Assembly: GCA_963705505.1 (NCBI GenBank)
Contig: CAVPJU010000008.1
Span: 96,001 to 160,000, forward strand
From: an uncultured bacterium
Lineage (GTDB): Bacteria > Desulfobacterota_D > UBA1144 > Nemesobacterales > UBA2774
Direction: 5' to 3'
Length of the DNA: 64,000 nucleotides
Positions 39,821 to 49,476 of the stretch are shown here, piece by piece. A program made the translations under genes and the position numbers. Numbering within the stretch: the first letter of the stretch is position 1; every line of letters starts with the position of its first letter. Below the pieces are notes generated by a model that did not search any database, was not told where the DNA came from, and saw nothing but the letters and a program-made list of their open reading frames with translations.

Positions 39821-40723
39821 TCAGTCGAGCCTCGTCAACTGGAGAAAAGCAGTGAACCTCTTATCGACATCGGACCTCTTCAACTGCGCTATCCTCTTCA
39901 CGCTGAAATTCTCGACAGTGAAGGAGGCGATAACGCTGCCGAAGACGACTGCAGTCTTATATCCCAGGTGATCGGCGATACCCTGCCCGGCTACGAACCC
40001 CATGAAACCTCCCGCGAACGAATCTCCCGCCCCCGTCGGGTCGATTACCTCATCGAGCGGGTAGCTCGGGGCCCAGAAAATGCCCTCCTTCGAGAACATC
40101 AGCGCGCCGTACTCTCCCCTCTTCACTATCAGCACCTTGGGGCCGAGGTCCAGCACCGTCCTGGCCGCATGCGTGATCCGGGGCTCTTTCGCGAGTATCC
40201 TGGTCTCGGAATCGTTCAGCATCAGTATGTCCACCCGCCTTATCACTTCCTTGAGGGCCTCGGGCTTGTTCTCTATCCAGTAGTTCATGGTGTCGCAGGC
40301 GACGAGCTTCGGGCTTTTCACCTGATTGAGGACGCTCAGCTGAAGCTCGGGATCGATATTCGCGAGGAATACATATTCTATGTTCCTGTACTCCTCCGGC
40401 AGGACCGGCTTGAAGTTTTTGAATACGTTTAGGTGCGTCCCCAGAGTCTCCGGGTCCCCCAGGTCGTAGCCGTATTTTCCTTCCCATCTGAATGTTTGTC
40501 CGGCTTCCCTCTTTACTCCACTGAGCGATATACCCTTCGACCTGAAAAGCTCGAGGTGCTCTTCGGGGAAATCGCTGCCCACGACGGCCACGGCGCACAC
40601 GTCCGTAAACATGCTCGCCGCGAGGGAGAAATATGACGCGGATCCCCCCAGTATATTCTCCTCTTTCCCGAACGGCGTCTCCACGGAATCGAGAGCGATT
40701 GATCCTACAACCAGAAGCTTCAT
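39821..40723 (-). CDS. PfkB family carbohydrate/nucleoside kinase
   Basis: VGSIALDSVETP, LGGSASY, DPTGAGDSFAGG. Confidence 0.92.
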   Translation of the reverse strand: MKLLVVGSIALDSVETPFGKEENILGGSASYFSLAASMFTDVCAVAVVGSDFPEEHLELFRSKGISLSGVKREAGQTFRWEGKYGYDLGDPETLGTHLNVFKNFKPVLPEEYRNIEYVFLANIDPELQLSVLNQVKSPKLVACDTMNYWIENKPEALKEVIRRVDILMLNDSETRILAKEPRITHAARTVLDLGPKVLIVKRGEYGALMFSKEGIFWAPSYPLDEVIDPTGAGDSFAGGFMGFVAGQGIADHLGYKTAVVFGSVIASFTVENFSVKRIAQLKRSDVDKRFTAFLQLTRLD

Positions 40724-41577
40724 TGCACGTACCTCTTTATCAGTATTCCGAGTCTGTCCTTGACCTCGGGCGTAATTGCGTCCCTCGAGGTGATGATGGC
40801 GTTTTCAAGTGAGTTCGGGCAGGTGCACTCCTTATTTTCATTTATGGCGGGAAGAACATTTACGATAATTTTCCTGGCGAGAGCCACGTTATTCATGAGT
40901 GTCTCGATCACGTCATCCACCGTTACGTCACCGTGTTGCTCGTGCCAGCAGTCATAGTCAGTCGACAATGCAAGTGTAGAATAGCAAATCTCCGCTTCCC
41001 GCGCAAGCTTTGCCTCGGGCATATTTGTCATCCCTATCACGTCCACTCCCCACTTCCTGTAGATGTTGCTCTCCGCGCGGGACGAGAACTGCGGCCCCTC
41101 CATGCAGATATACGTTGCGTCCTTATGTACCGTGGCGCCCGCCGCGAGCGATGCCTCATAAAGCGCACGCGAGAGGGACGGGCACACCGGGTCGGCCATG
41201 GACACGTGGGCCGCTATGCCGTCCCCGAAGAAAGTGGACGCCCTCGACTTCGTATGGTCGTAGAACTGGGAGGGTATTACGATATGGCCGGGCGCGATAT
41301 CCTCCCTCATGCTCCCGACCGCGCTCACGGATATTATCCATTCGGCCCCGAGCATCTTCATCGCGAATATATTCGCGCGGTAGTTTATCTCGGACGGCAT
41401 GAGCTTGTGCCCTTTCCCGTGCCTCGGCAGAAACACGAGCTTCGTATCTCCGAGCATTCCGAGCGCGGGGTCGTCCGAAGGCTTGCCCCATGGCGTATCC
41501 ACGCTCACGGTCTCGACTTCGGTAACGCCCTCGAGAGCGTAGAGCCCGCTTCCGCCTATTATTCCGACTGTTTTCAT
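40720..41577 (-). CDS. mtnP: S-methyl-5'-thioadenosine phosphorylase
   Basis: GIIGGSG, PRHG, NYRANI, EGPQFS, GMTNMPEAKLARE, TDYDCW. Confidence 0.93.
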   Translation of the reverse strand: MKTVGIIGGSGLYALEGVTEVETVSVDTPWGKPSDDPALGMLGDTKLVFLPRHGKGHKLMPSEINYRANIFAMKMLGAEWIISVSAVGSMREDIAPGHIVIPSQFYDHTKSRASTFFGDGIAAHVSMADPVCPSLSRALYEASLAAGATVHKDATYICMEGPQFSSRAESNIYRKWGVDVIGMTNMPEAKLAREAEICYSTLALSTDYDCWHEQHGDVTVDDVIETLMNNVALARKIIVNVLPAINENKECTCPNSLENAIITSRDAITPEVKDRLGILIKRYVQ

Positions 41578-41663
41578 TCTCCCCTCTCTGTCAGTTACTT
41601 GCCAAGTCAGTTATCTACGTAATCAAACCCTCAGGGCTCATCCGCCGGTGAACAGCGATCGGT

Positions 41664-42626
41664 TCAATTGGAAGGCATATCGAGCTTCGTGCCGATGCCC
41701 GCCCCCTTTGCGACCTTGTACACGTGCGCGGCGACGGCTATGTCCTCGACCGCAATGCCGAGCGACTTGAAAAGGGTTATATCCTCAGCCGTCGCTCGGC
41801 CCTTTACCTTGCCCGCGACGACGTCCCCGAGCTCCGTGAGCTGAGACCACCTGAGCGTACCCTTTTCTATGAGCGGAAGGAACTCGCCCGCCTCCATTCT
41901 CGACTGCTCTAAAGACTCCACTACAATAATATCCGCGCTCCTCACGGTCTTCTCGTCTATCTCCCTCTTGAAAAGAAAATTGCCGCCTATGGCGTTTATG
42001 TGCACCCCCTTCCTGAGCCAATCCCCCTTGAATACAGGCTCGAACGCGGTAGTCGACGTGATGACGCAGTCCGCGTCCCTCATCGCTTCCTCGGGCGTGC
42101 CCACGGGGGTCACGGTTATGCGCAGCAGCTTTTCCATCTCCTTCGAGAAGGCCTCCCTCCCGGCCGCATTCCGGCTGTAGACGCTTATCTTCTTCACGTT
42201 CCTCACCGCCGCCGCCGCAAGAAGCTGCCCCCTCGCCTGCCAGCCCGCGCCGTATATACCGACGCGGCCCATATCCTCCCTCGCCATATATTTCGTCGCC
42301 ACGCCGGACACGGCGCCCGTCCGCATCATGCCCATGTAGTTCCCGTCCATGATAGACAGCAGCTCGCCCGTCTCAAGATCGTGGAGGAACACCCTGAACT
42401 TGACGCCCGTCCTCGAGGTGGTATAAGCCTTATAGCCCATTACGCCCAGGTGAGGCAGAGCCCCCGCAAGGTAATGGAGCATGCTCACATCCGTCCTTAT
42501 TCTCTGTCTGGGCTGATTTATTATGTTTCCGAGCCCTTGCTGCCTGAACGTCTCCTCAAGCACCTTTACGGCGTCGGACATGGTGAGGATCTGCCTTACA
42601 TCCTCCTCTCCCAGGAATAAAACCAT
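41664..42626 (-). CDS. Ornithine cyclodeaminase/mu-crystallin family protein
   Basis: MRTGAVSGVAT, GAGWQA, HINAIG, FKSLGIAVED. Confidence 0.92.
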   Translation of the reverse strand: MVLFLGEEDVRQILTMSDAVKVLEETFRQQGLGNIINQPRQRIRTDVSMLHYLAGALPHLGVMGYKAYTTSRTGVKFRVFLHDLETGELLSIMDGNYMGMMRTGAVSGVATKYMAREDMGRVGIYGAGWQARGQLLAAAAVRNVKKISVYSRNAAGREAFSKEMEKLLRITVTPVGTPEEAMRDADCVITSTTAFEPVFKGDWLRKGVHINAIGGNFLFKREIDEKTVRSADIIVVESLEQSRMEAGEFLPLIEKGTLRWSQLTELGDVVAGKVKGRATAEDITLFKSLGIAVEDIAVAAHVYKVAKGAGIGTKLDMPSN

Positions 42627-42860
42627 CGAATCCTCCTACCGTGCTCCCATCCAAGCCTAGGATTTTAACATTTAAGCGCCTGATTTTAAAGGAAGGCCGG
42701 GTAGTTATGAAGAATACACACAGTTCCTTTAATCCGTATCATGGAATTTCATAACGTATTAAATATGAAGCGTCCCGAATCTCTCATAATCCGGCTTGAA
42801 GAATCATTTTCGAGTTATTGTGTTAGATTAAATTCAATTACAGGTTATAAAGACGATTTG

Positions 42861-43826
42861 CTATTCCTGTTTAAAGGTAATAACATTAATCGTAGCATCG
42901 GATAAATGAGGCACATCGCTCTGAAGCCTGTGATTTACCTCTCTGGCAATTTCTTGCCCGTCTCTCACAGAAAGCGCTGATTTAACCCCGATACTGAGCT
43001 GAGTGTGGAGATTGTGACCTATCCATCTGGCCTTTACTTCGGAAACTTCCGCGACTCCTTCAACGTTAATTGCCGTTTTTTCAATCTCATCGATAATTCC
43101 GGGATCAACCCCATCGAGGATGCGAACGAATATCTGTTTTGCGGCTTGCCAAACAATAACGAGTATCGCCGCAGTTATAACCAGTCCTATAATCGGATCG
43201 GCCATGGGATAGCCCAGCCAAACGCCCAGAGCGCCGAACAGTACAGCGAGGCTGGTCCATCCGTCTACACGCGCATGGTATCCGTCGGCGACGAGTGCGG
43301 CGCTCCCGATTTCTTTGCCCACCCTGATTCGAAAAATCGCTACAACCTCATTGCCGAGAAAACCGATAATAGAAGCCGCGATGACCGCGTATAAATGTCC
43401 TACCTTTTGAGGGTGTAATAAGCGGGAAATGGATTCATAACCTGCGACCAATGCGCTGAATAAAATAATCAGAACGATAATTATTCCTGCCAGGTCTTCC
43501 ACGCGGCCATAGCCGTAAGTGAACCTTTTGCTCGGCTTCGATTTAGCCAGCATGAAGGCGACTCCCAGTGGAATCGCCGTTGCCGCATCTCCAAAATTAT
43601 GTATGGTGTCGGCAAGCAAAGCTATACTGCCGGACAGTACCACAACGATGACCTGCAAAAGAGCAGTAATCATTAGTCCGGCAAAAGACCATTTAACCGC
43701 CAGGATGCCTTTTTCCGAATCCAGAATGGAATAATCCGGTATATCGTGACTATGACCGCCAAAACCTTCATGATGATGGTAATGTGAGTGGTCGTGATGA
43801 TGGTGATTATCGTCTCGCTCGCTCAT
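42861..43826 (-). CDS. Cation diffusion facilitator with His-rich N-terminus (Co/Ni/Zn efflux)
   Basis: HHHHDHSHYHHH, ADTIHNFGD, YGYGRVEDL, ADGYHARVD. Confidence 0.92.
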   Translation of the reverse strand: MSERDDNHHHHDHSHYHHHEGFGGHSHDIPDYSILDSEKGILAVKWSFAGLMITALLQVIVVVLSGSIALLADTIHNFGDAATAIPLGVAFMLAKSKPSKRFTYGYGRVEDLAGIIIVLIILFSALVAGYESISRLLHPQKVGHLYAVIAASIIGFLGNEVVAIFRIRVGKEIGSAALVADGYHARVDGWTSLAVLFGALGVWLGYPMADPIIGLVITAAILVIVWQAAKQIFVRILDGVDPGIIDEIEKTAINVEGVAEVSEVKARWIGHNLHTQLSIGVKSALSVRDGQEIAREVNHRLQSDVPHLSDATINVITFKQE

Positions 43827-43884
43827 TAGATTCCCGCACCATAGCAATCAATTTTTTTAAACAGACGCATGATAGACAGCTTAT

Positions 43885-44163
43885 CTATTTCAAATAGGTC
43901 CTGATCAATTCTATCAACACTTCGGTCGCCTTCAGCCGCTCGGAATTCAGAGCGGTATCGGGATCAAGTACGTGGAGCTTGATATGGCCCTCGAGAACCT
44001 CCGACATGAGACCGTTTATAGCGCCGCGGCACGCCGCAATATCCTGAAGTATCAATGAACAATCCTTTTCTTCTTCGAGGGATTTCTCAATTCCTTCGAT
44101 CTGCCCGCGGATTCTCCTCACACGATTGATCAGCCTTTTTTTATCCGTAATTGTATGAGACAC
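43885..44163 (-). CDS. rcnR: RcnR/DmeR-type Ni/Co-sensing repressor
   Basis: GTG start behind AGGAG gives His3, Cys35, His60, His64 (the RcnR fingerprint); RVRRIRGQ, AACRGAINGLM. Confidence 0.88.
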   Translation of the reverse strand: MSHTITDKKRLINRVRRIRGQIEGIEKSLEEEKDCSLILQDIAACRGAINGLMSEVLEGHIKLHVLDPDTALNSERLKATEVLIELIRTYLK

Positions 44164-44195
44164 TCGCAGCACTCCTATCGTCCGTAGTTTTTGAG

Positions 44196-44219
44196 AATAC
44201 TATACAGGGGTATAGTATT
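44196..44219. promoter_or_regulatory. RcnR/CsoR-type operator
   Basis: Perfect inverted repeat AATACTATAC-AGGG-GTATAGTATT with a central G tract, about 33 nt upstream of the repressor start. Confidence 0.85.
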
Positions 44220-44304
44220 TATGCAAATTGACGCCTCGTAACAAACGGCATTCAGACTAAATTTGAGCTATATAAAGGTATTTCGATTCACGTATGTGGT
44301 ATCG

Positions 44305-44953
44305 TCACACAGGCTCGACCGCGAATATCACCCTCGACTGGCCTCCGAAAGGGAGAGTGAACTCGCTCCGTTCCAGCAGTCTGAACCTGCCCTCAACCTG
44401 GTCGCCCGAAAGCTCCCACTCCTCCCCTCCCCTCCTTCCGCGCATGAGTATAATCCTCCCTTTCGGGACGGAGGTAAGGGGCGCTCAGGTTGAGTATGTC
44501 GTGGACCTGGCCGACTGCTCTTGAGATTACGCAGTCAAAACTCCGCCTCTCTATTCCGTTCCCCTCGTCCTCGGCCCTCCCCCACACGGCGCTTATGCCT
44601 TCGAGCCGGAGCTCCCTTACGATCTCCCGCATGAACATCACTTTTTTGTGAGACGCATCGAGAAGCGTGACCGTAAGAGTGGGCGACACTATTTTGAGCG
44701 GTATTCCAGGGAACCCCGCGCCCGAGCCTATGTCGAGGAGCCGCGCCCCTTCGGGCACGAAACGCGCCGCCGATATCGAATCGAGGAAATGGCTTATTAT
44801 AATGTCCCTGTCGTTCTTAAGGCCCGTGAGGTTCATTTTCCTGTTCCAGGTCTTAAGCTCCTCCAGATAGCGCATGAAGAGACCTGCCGCCTCGCCCGAC
44901 AGATCCACTCCTAACCGGGAGGCGCCCTCGTATAATATTTCCTCGGGCTTCAT
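44305..44953 (-). CDS. rsmG: 16S rRNA (guanine-N7)-methyltransferase, frameshifted near 44465
   Basis: WNRKMNLT, HFLDS, DIGSGAGFPGIPL, ISRAV; the shifted frame continues GRIILMRG...FTLPFGG..RVIFAVEPV*. Confidence 0.9.
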
Positions 44954-45759
44954 CCCTTCCTCCTTATGTGCATCGGGTGGCTTAAGATAATTTCGGGAGT
45001 GCCTTTATACATTTTTATTCTTCCTGTAACCTCGACATTCCGCCCCTTGTAATAATCAGCCGGGGCTATGCCGAAAAACGCGAAATTCCCGAGGTCTTCA
45101 GGGAATATCACCGCGTCGAACTTTCCGTCAATCGAGAGCACGAGCGCCTTGTCCGATTGCCTTACGCCCGTTACCTCCCCGCGGACGACCATGCGCTTCC
45201 CTTCGTAGCGGGGCGCCTCTCCCGCGGTTATCACGAATGCGCTGTTCCCCCCGGGGGTCACGATATTATCGAGGTCCCCCCACATTCCCCTCTTCTCTCT
45301 TTTAGCCTCTTCCGTCGCCGCGTAAAAGGGCTCTTTGTATTTGCCGTTCGGCTCTATGAACAGCGGCAGCGCGAGGCCGCTCCTCAGCAATTCCTCGTTG
45401 ACCGAAACGCCGTCGGCAAAAACGTACGCGAGGGTCCTCCCGTAAACGTCGTATCTTTCTCTGTCGTATTCGAGCCTCACCCTCTTCCTCCCGACGAGCT
45501 TCCTGTTTAATTCCGTCGCTTCTTCCGAGAACGGGTCGCCCGGGGAATCCTGCCGGGCTGCCTCGGGGGTGTCTATGCCTACGTATCTGACTAGGGTGCC
45601 TTTCCCGTCGTCTATGACGATCGTATCCCCGTCGATGACGTCGGCGACGCCGAAATACGCGTCTTCTCCATTCCTCTCCGGTAATTTTGTGTATAGATAA
45701 AATCCGAGCGCGAGCACGATAAAAACAATCACGATGAGTGGGTCTTTTCCCGGCTTCAA
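44950..45759 (-). CDS. Membrane-anchored thermonuclease (SNase) with C-terminal OB fold
   Basis: VIDGDTI, VRYVGIDTPE, DVYGRTLAYV, RGMWG; C-terminal GRNVEVTGRIKMYKGTPEI. Confidence 0.9.
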   Translation of the reverse strand: MKPGKDPLIVIVFIVLALGFYLYTKLPERNGEDAYFGVADVIDGDTIVIDDGKGTLVRYVGIDTPEAARQDSPGDPFSEEATELNRKLVGRKRVRLEYDRERYDVYGRTLAYVFADGVSVNEELLRSGLALPLFIEPNGKYKEPFYAATEEAKREKRGMWGDLDNIVTPGGNSAFVITAGEAPRYEGKRMVVRGEVTGVRQSDKALVLSIDGKFDAVIFPEDLGNFAFFGIAPADYYKGRNVEVTGRIKMYKGTPEIILSHPMHIRRKG

Positions 45760-45982
45760 GCGTCAGTTCTCCCTTGCCCGAACGTGTGCTCATATTTGCT
45801 GTCATTTCTGCAGAGTCAAGTAATTCTGGGACAGGATTTCAGGGGTTAAGGGATCGAGACTGAAAGCTCAGATAGCCGCGCTTCGTCTGACGGAGTTTAC
45901 CCTTAACGTGACGAAGGGCTTAGAATGACAGAGAGAAAACAAATATATTCTTCTTTTCCTTGATGAAAAGAAGCAAAAATCA

Positions 45983-46108
45983 CCCGACAGCACAGAATTG
46001 GCTAAAAATAGATTATTCCGGCTAAAATCTTTCAATTCAGCCCCGGCCCTGAAAGATTTTCACGCCTTAATAATCTATTTTCCTAACGCCAATTCTGTGA
46101 ATGTCGGG
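45983..46108. repeat. Long imperfect inverted repeat (MITE or structured-RNA-like hairpin)
   Basis: Nested arms CCCGACA/TGTCGGG, CACAGAATTGGC/GCCAATTCTGTG, AAAATAGATTATT/AATAATCTATTTT, AAAATCTTTCA/TGAAAGATTTT. Confidence 0.85.
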
Positions 46109-46199
46109 AAAGGAAAAGCGAAAGACGAGATTGCAGCGCAAAGTTTATCCTGAGCCTGTCGAAGGATGGTTGCCGAATCACCATTATCCAGCCTACAAT

Positions 46200-46991
46200 T
46201 CAAAATCCCGGATCGCGCTTCTTTAAAGCCTTCCTGCCGAAGGTGAGAAAACCCGTGTGGCTCACCATCCTGTCCATAGGCCTAGTCTTCCCCGTGCTCA
46301 CCCGTATGTTCCTGACCAGGACCTCGACAGTCTCTATGAAAACGAACCCCTCCTCCGCGAGGACCTCGGCGCACCTCTCCACCTGATTGTACGTGGGCGA
46401 GAGGCTCGCGATCCTCCCGCCGCCCCTGAGAGCGCGCGATGCGGATGATATACCGTCCCACGGCGAAGGCAGGTCGAGCATGACGACGTCCACCCCCTCC
46501 TCGTCGAACCCGTCGCCCGCTTCCCTCAATTTAAACTCCGCGAACTCCCCGAAGCCCGCGTTCGCGACGTTCTTTTTAGCGTTCTCGAGGAACCTCTCGC
46601 TCCTGTCGTATGCGTACACCTTGCCCGTGGGAGCGACGGCGTTTGCGAGAGCGATCGTAAGCGCTCCCGAGCCCGAGCCGCACTCGATCACCCTCATGCC
46701 CGCCCCAAGGCCCGTCTTGAGGACTATGAGGGCAGCGTCCTTCGGATAGATTATCTGGGTGAACCTCTTCACCTTCATCATCCTGTCCTCGATAGTGGGT
46801 TCGAGCAGTATGTACGTGTGGAGGAGATTGGTTTGTATCGTGCTCCCGTATTCAAGCCCTATCGCTTTCTCGAGCTCTATCTCGCCCAGATGAGTTCCCA
46901 TCCGCTTCCCTTCGGCTACTGTCACGAGGTAGGTTTTTTCATCGGGGGATAAAACGAGCACGGAGTCTCCGCTCTTTATGACCATTACCAC
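46200..46991 (-). CDS. trmI: tRNA (adenine58-N1)-methyltransferase
   Basis: TQIIYPKDA, ECGSGSGAL, LDLPSPW, RPMDRMVSHTGFL. Confidence 0.92.
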   Translation of the reverse strand: MVMVIKSGDSVLVLSPDEKTYLVTVAEGKRMGTHLGEIELEKAIGLEYGSTIQTNLLHTYILLEPTIEDRMMKVKRFTQIIYPKDAALIVLKTGLGAGMRVIECGSGSGALTIALANAVAPTGKVYAYDRSERFLENAKKNVANAGFGEFAEFKLREAGDGFDEEGVDVVMLDLPSPWDGISSASRALRGGGRIASLSPTYNQVERCAEVLAEEGFVFIETVEVLVRNIRVSTGKTRPMDRMVSHTGFLTFGRKALKKRDPGF

Positions 46992-47019
46992 GCTAGACTA
47001 ATTAAAAACGCCCGTATTT

Positions 47020-48177
47020 TCAAGAAACGCTCTCCCTCTCGAAGAACGTGTAGAGCAGGAACCCCGTGAAAACGAGGCATCCCGCGGTGAGGTACATGAC
47101 CTCGTATCCGTAGTCCCTCGCGATTATGCCGAAGGGGAACGCGAGGAAATTTATGCCCACGCTGTAGCTCGCGTTAAACGCCCCCATCGCCTTACCCCTC
47201 TCGTCCTCCCCGGCCTTGTCTATCACGAGCGCGCTGAGAGTGGGGTAGAGAGAGCCGTACCCGAAGCTGAAGAGGAACGATATGGCGACCGCGGAAAGGG
47301 CTGAGTCCGCGAAGTACATGCACGCGAGCGAGAGCGAAACTATGAAGATCGCGGGCGACGCGACCGCCTTCCTCCCCCATCTGTCCGAGAGCCTGCCCCC
47401 GAATATCCTTATCGCCGTTACCGTGATCGTATAGGTGAGAAAAAAGTAATATGCCTGGAGGCCCTTCGATCTGAAGAACGTAGCGATGAAATTAAGCACC
47501 GCGCCTAGCCCTCCTGCCATCACGAGGTTCGAAAGCAGCACGAGAGAATACTTCCGGGACGAGATCAGGCGGAAGAACCTGAAGCCGTAAGGGTCCCTGG
47601 AAGGGATGAAATTCCCGTCCTTCATGAATACAGCGAGCGCGAACGACACGAGGCTGAAAAAGGACGAATAGAGAAAGAAGTTGTGATAGCCCGAAAGCTC
47701 GATTACGAATTCCCCGAGGGAAGGCCCTATCGCGTACGCCGCAATAGTGAATGCGCTGAAAATGCCCAGGCCCTGCGCCCTGCTGACCGAAGGGACGTAG
47801 TCGGCGACGAACGTGCCCGCGGCAGTGAATGAGAACGCGAACGATACGCCCTGGACGAGGCGGAGCACATAGATGAAGGGCGAGAGCTCCCCGACGAAGA
47901 GATATGAGAGCGACGCCACGAACATCAGCGCGTAGCCGAGCAGCATGAACCGCCGCCTGCCGTACTTATCGACGAGGAACGTAACGAAAGGGATCGCGCC
48001 CAGCGACGTTATTCCGAAAGTTCCCATGATGTATCCTATATGGGCGTCGTCCCCGCCGAGGCTCTTTATGTATAAAGGCAGGAGGAAGAATGACGAAAAA
48101 TTGCAGTAGAAGAAGAAATTAGACGCCGTGGCTAAAGCGAAATTCCTGAATTCGGGCTTTGAGTATCCGGATATCAT
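47020..48177 (-). CDS. MFS transporter
   Basis: About 12 TM segments; DKYGRR and GRLSDRWGRK motif A copies. Confidence 0.92.
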   Translation of the reverse strand: MISGYSKPEFRNFALATASNFFFYCNFSSFFLLPLYIKSLGGDDAHIGYIMGTFGITSLGAIPFVTFLVDKYGRRRFMLLGYALMFVASLSYLFVGELSPFIYVLRLVQGVSFAFSFTAAGTFVADYVPSVSRAQGLGIFSAFTIAAYAIGPSLGEFVIELSGYHNFFLYSSFFSLVSFALAVFMKDGNFIPSRDPYGFRFFRLISSRKYSLVLLSNLVMAGGLGAVLNFIATFFRSKGLQAYYFFLTYTITVTAIRIFGGRLSDRWGRKAVASPAIFIVSLSLACMYFADSALSAVAISFLFSFGYGSLYPTLSALVIDKAGEDERGKAMGAFNASYSVGINFLAFPFGIIARDYGYEVMYLTAGCLVFTGFLLYTFFERESVS

Positions 48178-48309
48178 GTCGGCGTCTTGAAAACGCGGCT
48201 TAAACTGCTTAGATTTGATATGTAAATATTAAAGGATCGAGGGATGATATAATACACTCTATCTTTGACAATGTATAATGTCGTGATATAGTTTAGCGCT
48301 TCAAAAATC

Positions 48310-48383
48310 GAGCCGTTAGCTCAGCTTGGTAGAGCAACTGACTTTTAATCAGTGGGTCACAGGTTCGAATCCTGTACGGCTCA
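48310..48383 (+). tRNA. tRNA-Lys (TTT)
   Basis: GAGCCGT/ACGGCTC acceptor stem, CTGA-CTTTTAA-TCAG anticodon arm, GGTTCGAATCC T loop; CCA not encoded. Confidence 0.95.
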
Positions 48384-48393
48384 TACCTTATTT

Positions 48394-48468
48394 GTCCCCG
48401 TCGTCTAGCCTGGCCCAGGACATCGGCCTTTCACGCCGGTAACAGGGGTTCGAATCCCCTCGGGGACG
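48394..48468 (+). tRNA. tRNA-Glu (TTC)
   Basis: GTCCCCG/CGGGGAC acceptor stem, CGGC-CTTTCAC-GCCG anticodon arm, GGTTCGAATCC; CCA not encoded. Confidence 0.95.
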
Positions 48469-48590
48469 CGTCAATCTTCCGGAGTACAGTAACAATGTTG
48501 CAATCAGCAAAAGGCGTCCGGTTCTTGCGCACGCAAGCAATTTTCCCCCTGTGTAAAGAGAGATTCACTGGGATTTACAGAAGATAAGAG

Positions 48591-48634
48591 AAAATCCTCC
48601 CTAACCCTCCTTTACAAAAGGAGGGAATTAAAAA
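48591..48634. repeat. REP-like hairpin repeat; copy of the 32894/33061 units
   Basis: AAAATCCTCCCTAACCCTCCTTTACAAAAGGAGGGAATTAAAA. Confidence 0.75.
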
Positions 48635-48718
48635 AGCAAGGGATAAATGAAATTCCCCAATTATAGTTAGATTGTTGCAATCCACGATAGGTGCAGGTTG
48701 CGCGCTCGCTAGTAGTTC

Positions 48719-49279
48719 TCATCTCACCAGCTTCGATACCTGCTTGAACTCCTCGGTCCCCGCGCGCTCGAGGAGCTGGAACAAAAACGTCTCCGTTGTG
48801 CCCACCGTAGCCCCCGCTTTCTCCATGAGGCTTATCCCCTTCTCCCAGTCAAGCGCCTTCCTCGACACGACAGCGTCTGCGGGAACAAAGACGTGATACC
48901 CGTCGTTCACGAGGTCGATAGCCGTCTGGAGAACACATACGTGGGTCTCGACACCGCAGAGGAGGACGGAGCTCCTGTCGAGCCCCTTCAATTCATCCAT
49001 GAACTCGGGAGACCTCGCGCAGCTGAAGACCAGCTTTTCTATAGGATGGCACCCGTCGCCCGCAGACTCCTTTATCTCTCCGATAGTAGGCCCGAGCCCC
49101 TTCGGGTATTGCTCGGTCACGCTCACAGGTATCCCGAGCAGCCCTGCGGCTTCAAGCAGGATCTTTACGTTCTTTACCGCGAAACGGCTCTCCGTCTCGG
49201 GCATCGCCGACATCAGCTTCTCCTGCATATCGACGACGACGAGGGTCGTGTCTTCCTTTTTCAGAAAATCCAAGATCAA
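48719..49279 (-). CDS. Isochorismatase family hydrolase
   Basis: VVDMQEKL, TEQYPKGLGPT, GVETHVCVLQT. Confidence 0.92.
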   Translation of the reverse strand: MILDFLKKEDTTLVVVDMQEKLMSAMPETESRFAVKNVKILLEAAGLLGIPVSVTEQYPKGLGPTIGEIKESAGDGCHPIEKLVFSCARSPEFMDELKGLDRSSVLLCGVETHVCVLQTAIDLVNDGYHVFVPADAVVSRKALDWEKGISLMEKAGATVGTTETFLFQLLERAGTEEFKQVSKLVR

Positions 49280-49476
49280 TCTCCTTCAATGCACGTCTCA
49301 TACTATAATATAAATCTATTGAAGATAGAAGGAAGCAATTTCCGATCAGGCCGCAAAGACATTTAAGCTTTCTTTCCGTGTAATCCGCAGATAAATTATT
49401 TAGAAGCTTTTAAAAAGAAGGGGACCCGAAAAAATGCCTATATCGTTCGGGACTCTCTCGATATGACAGTATCGAT

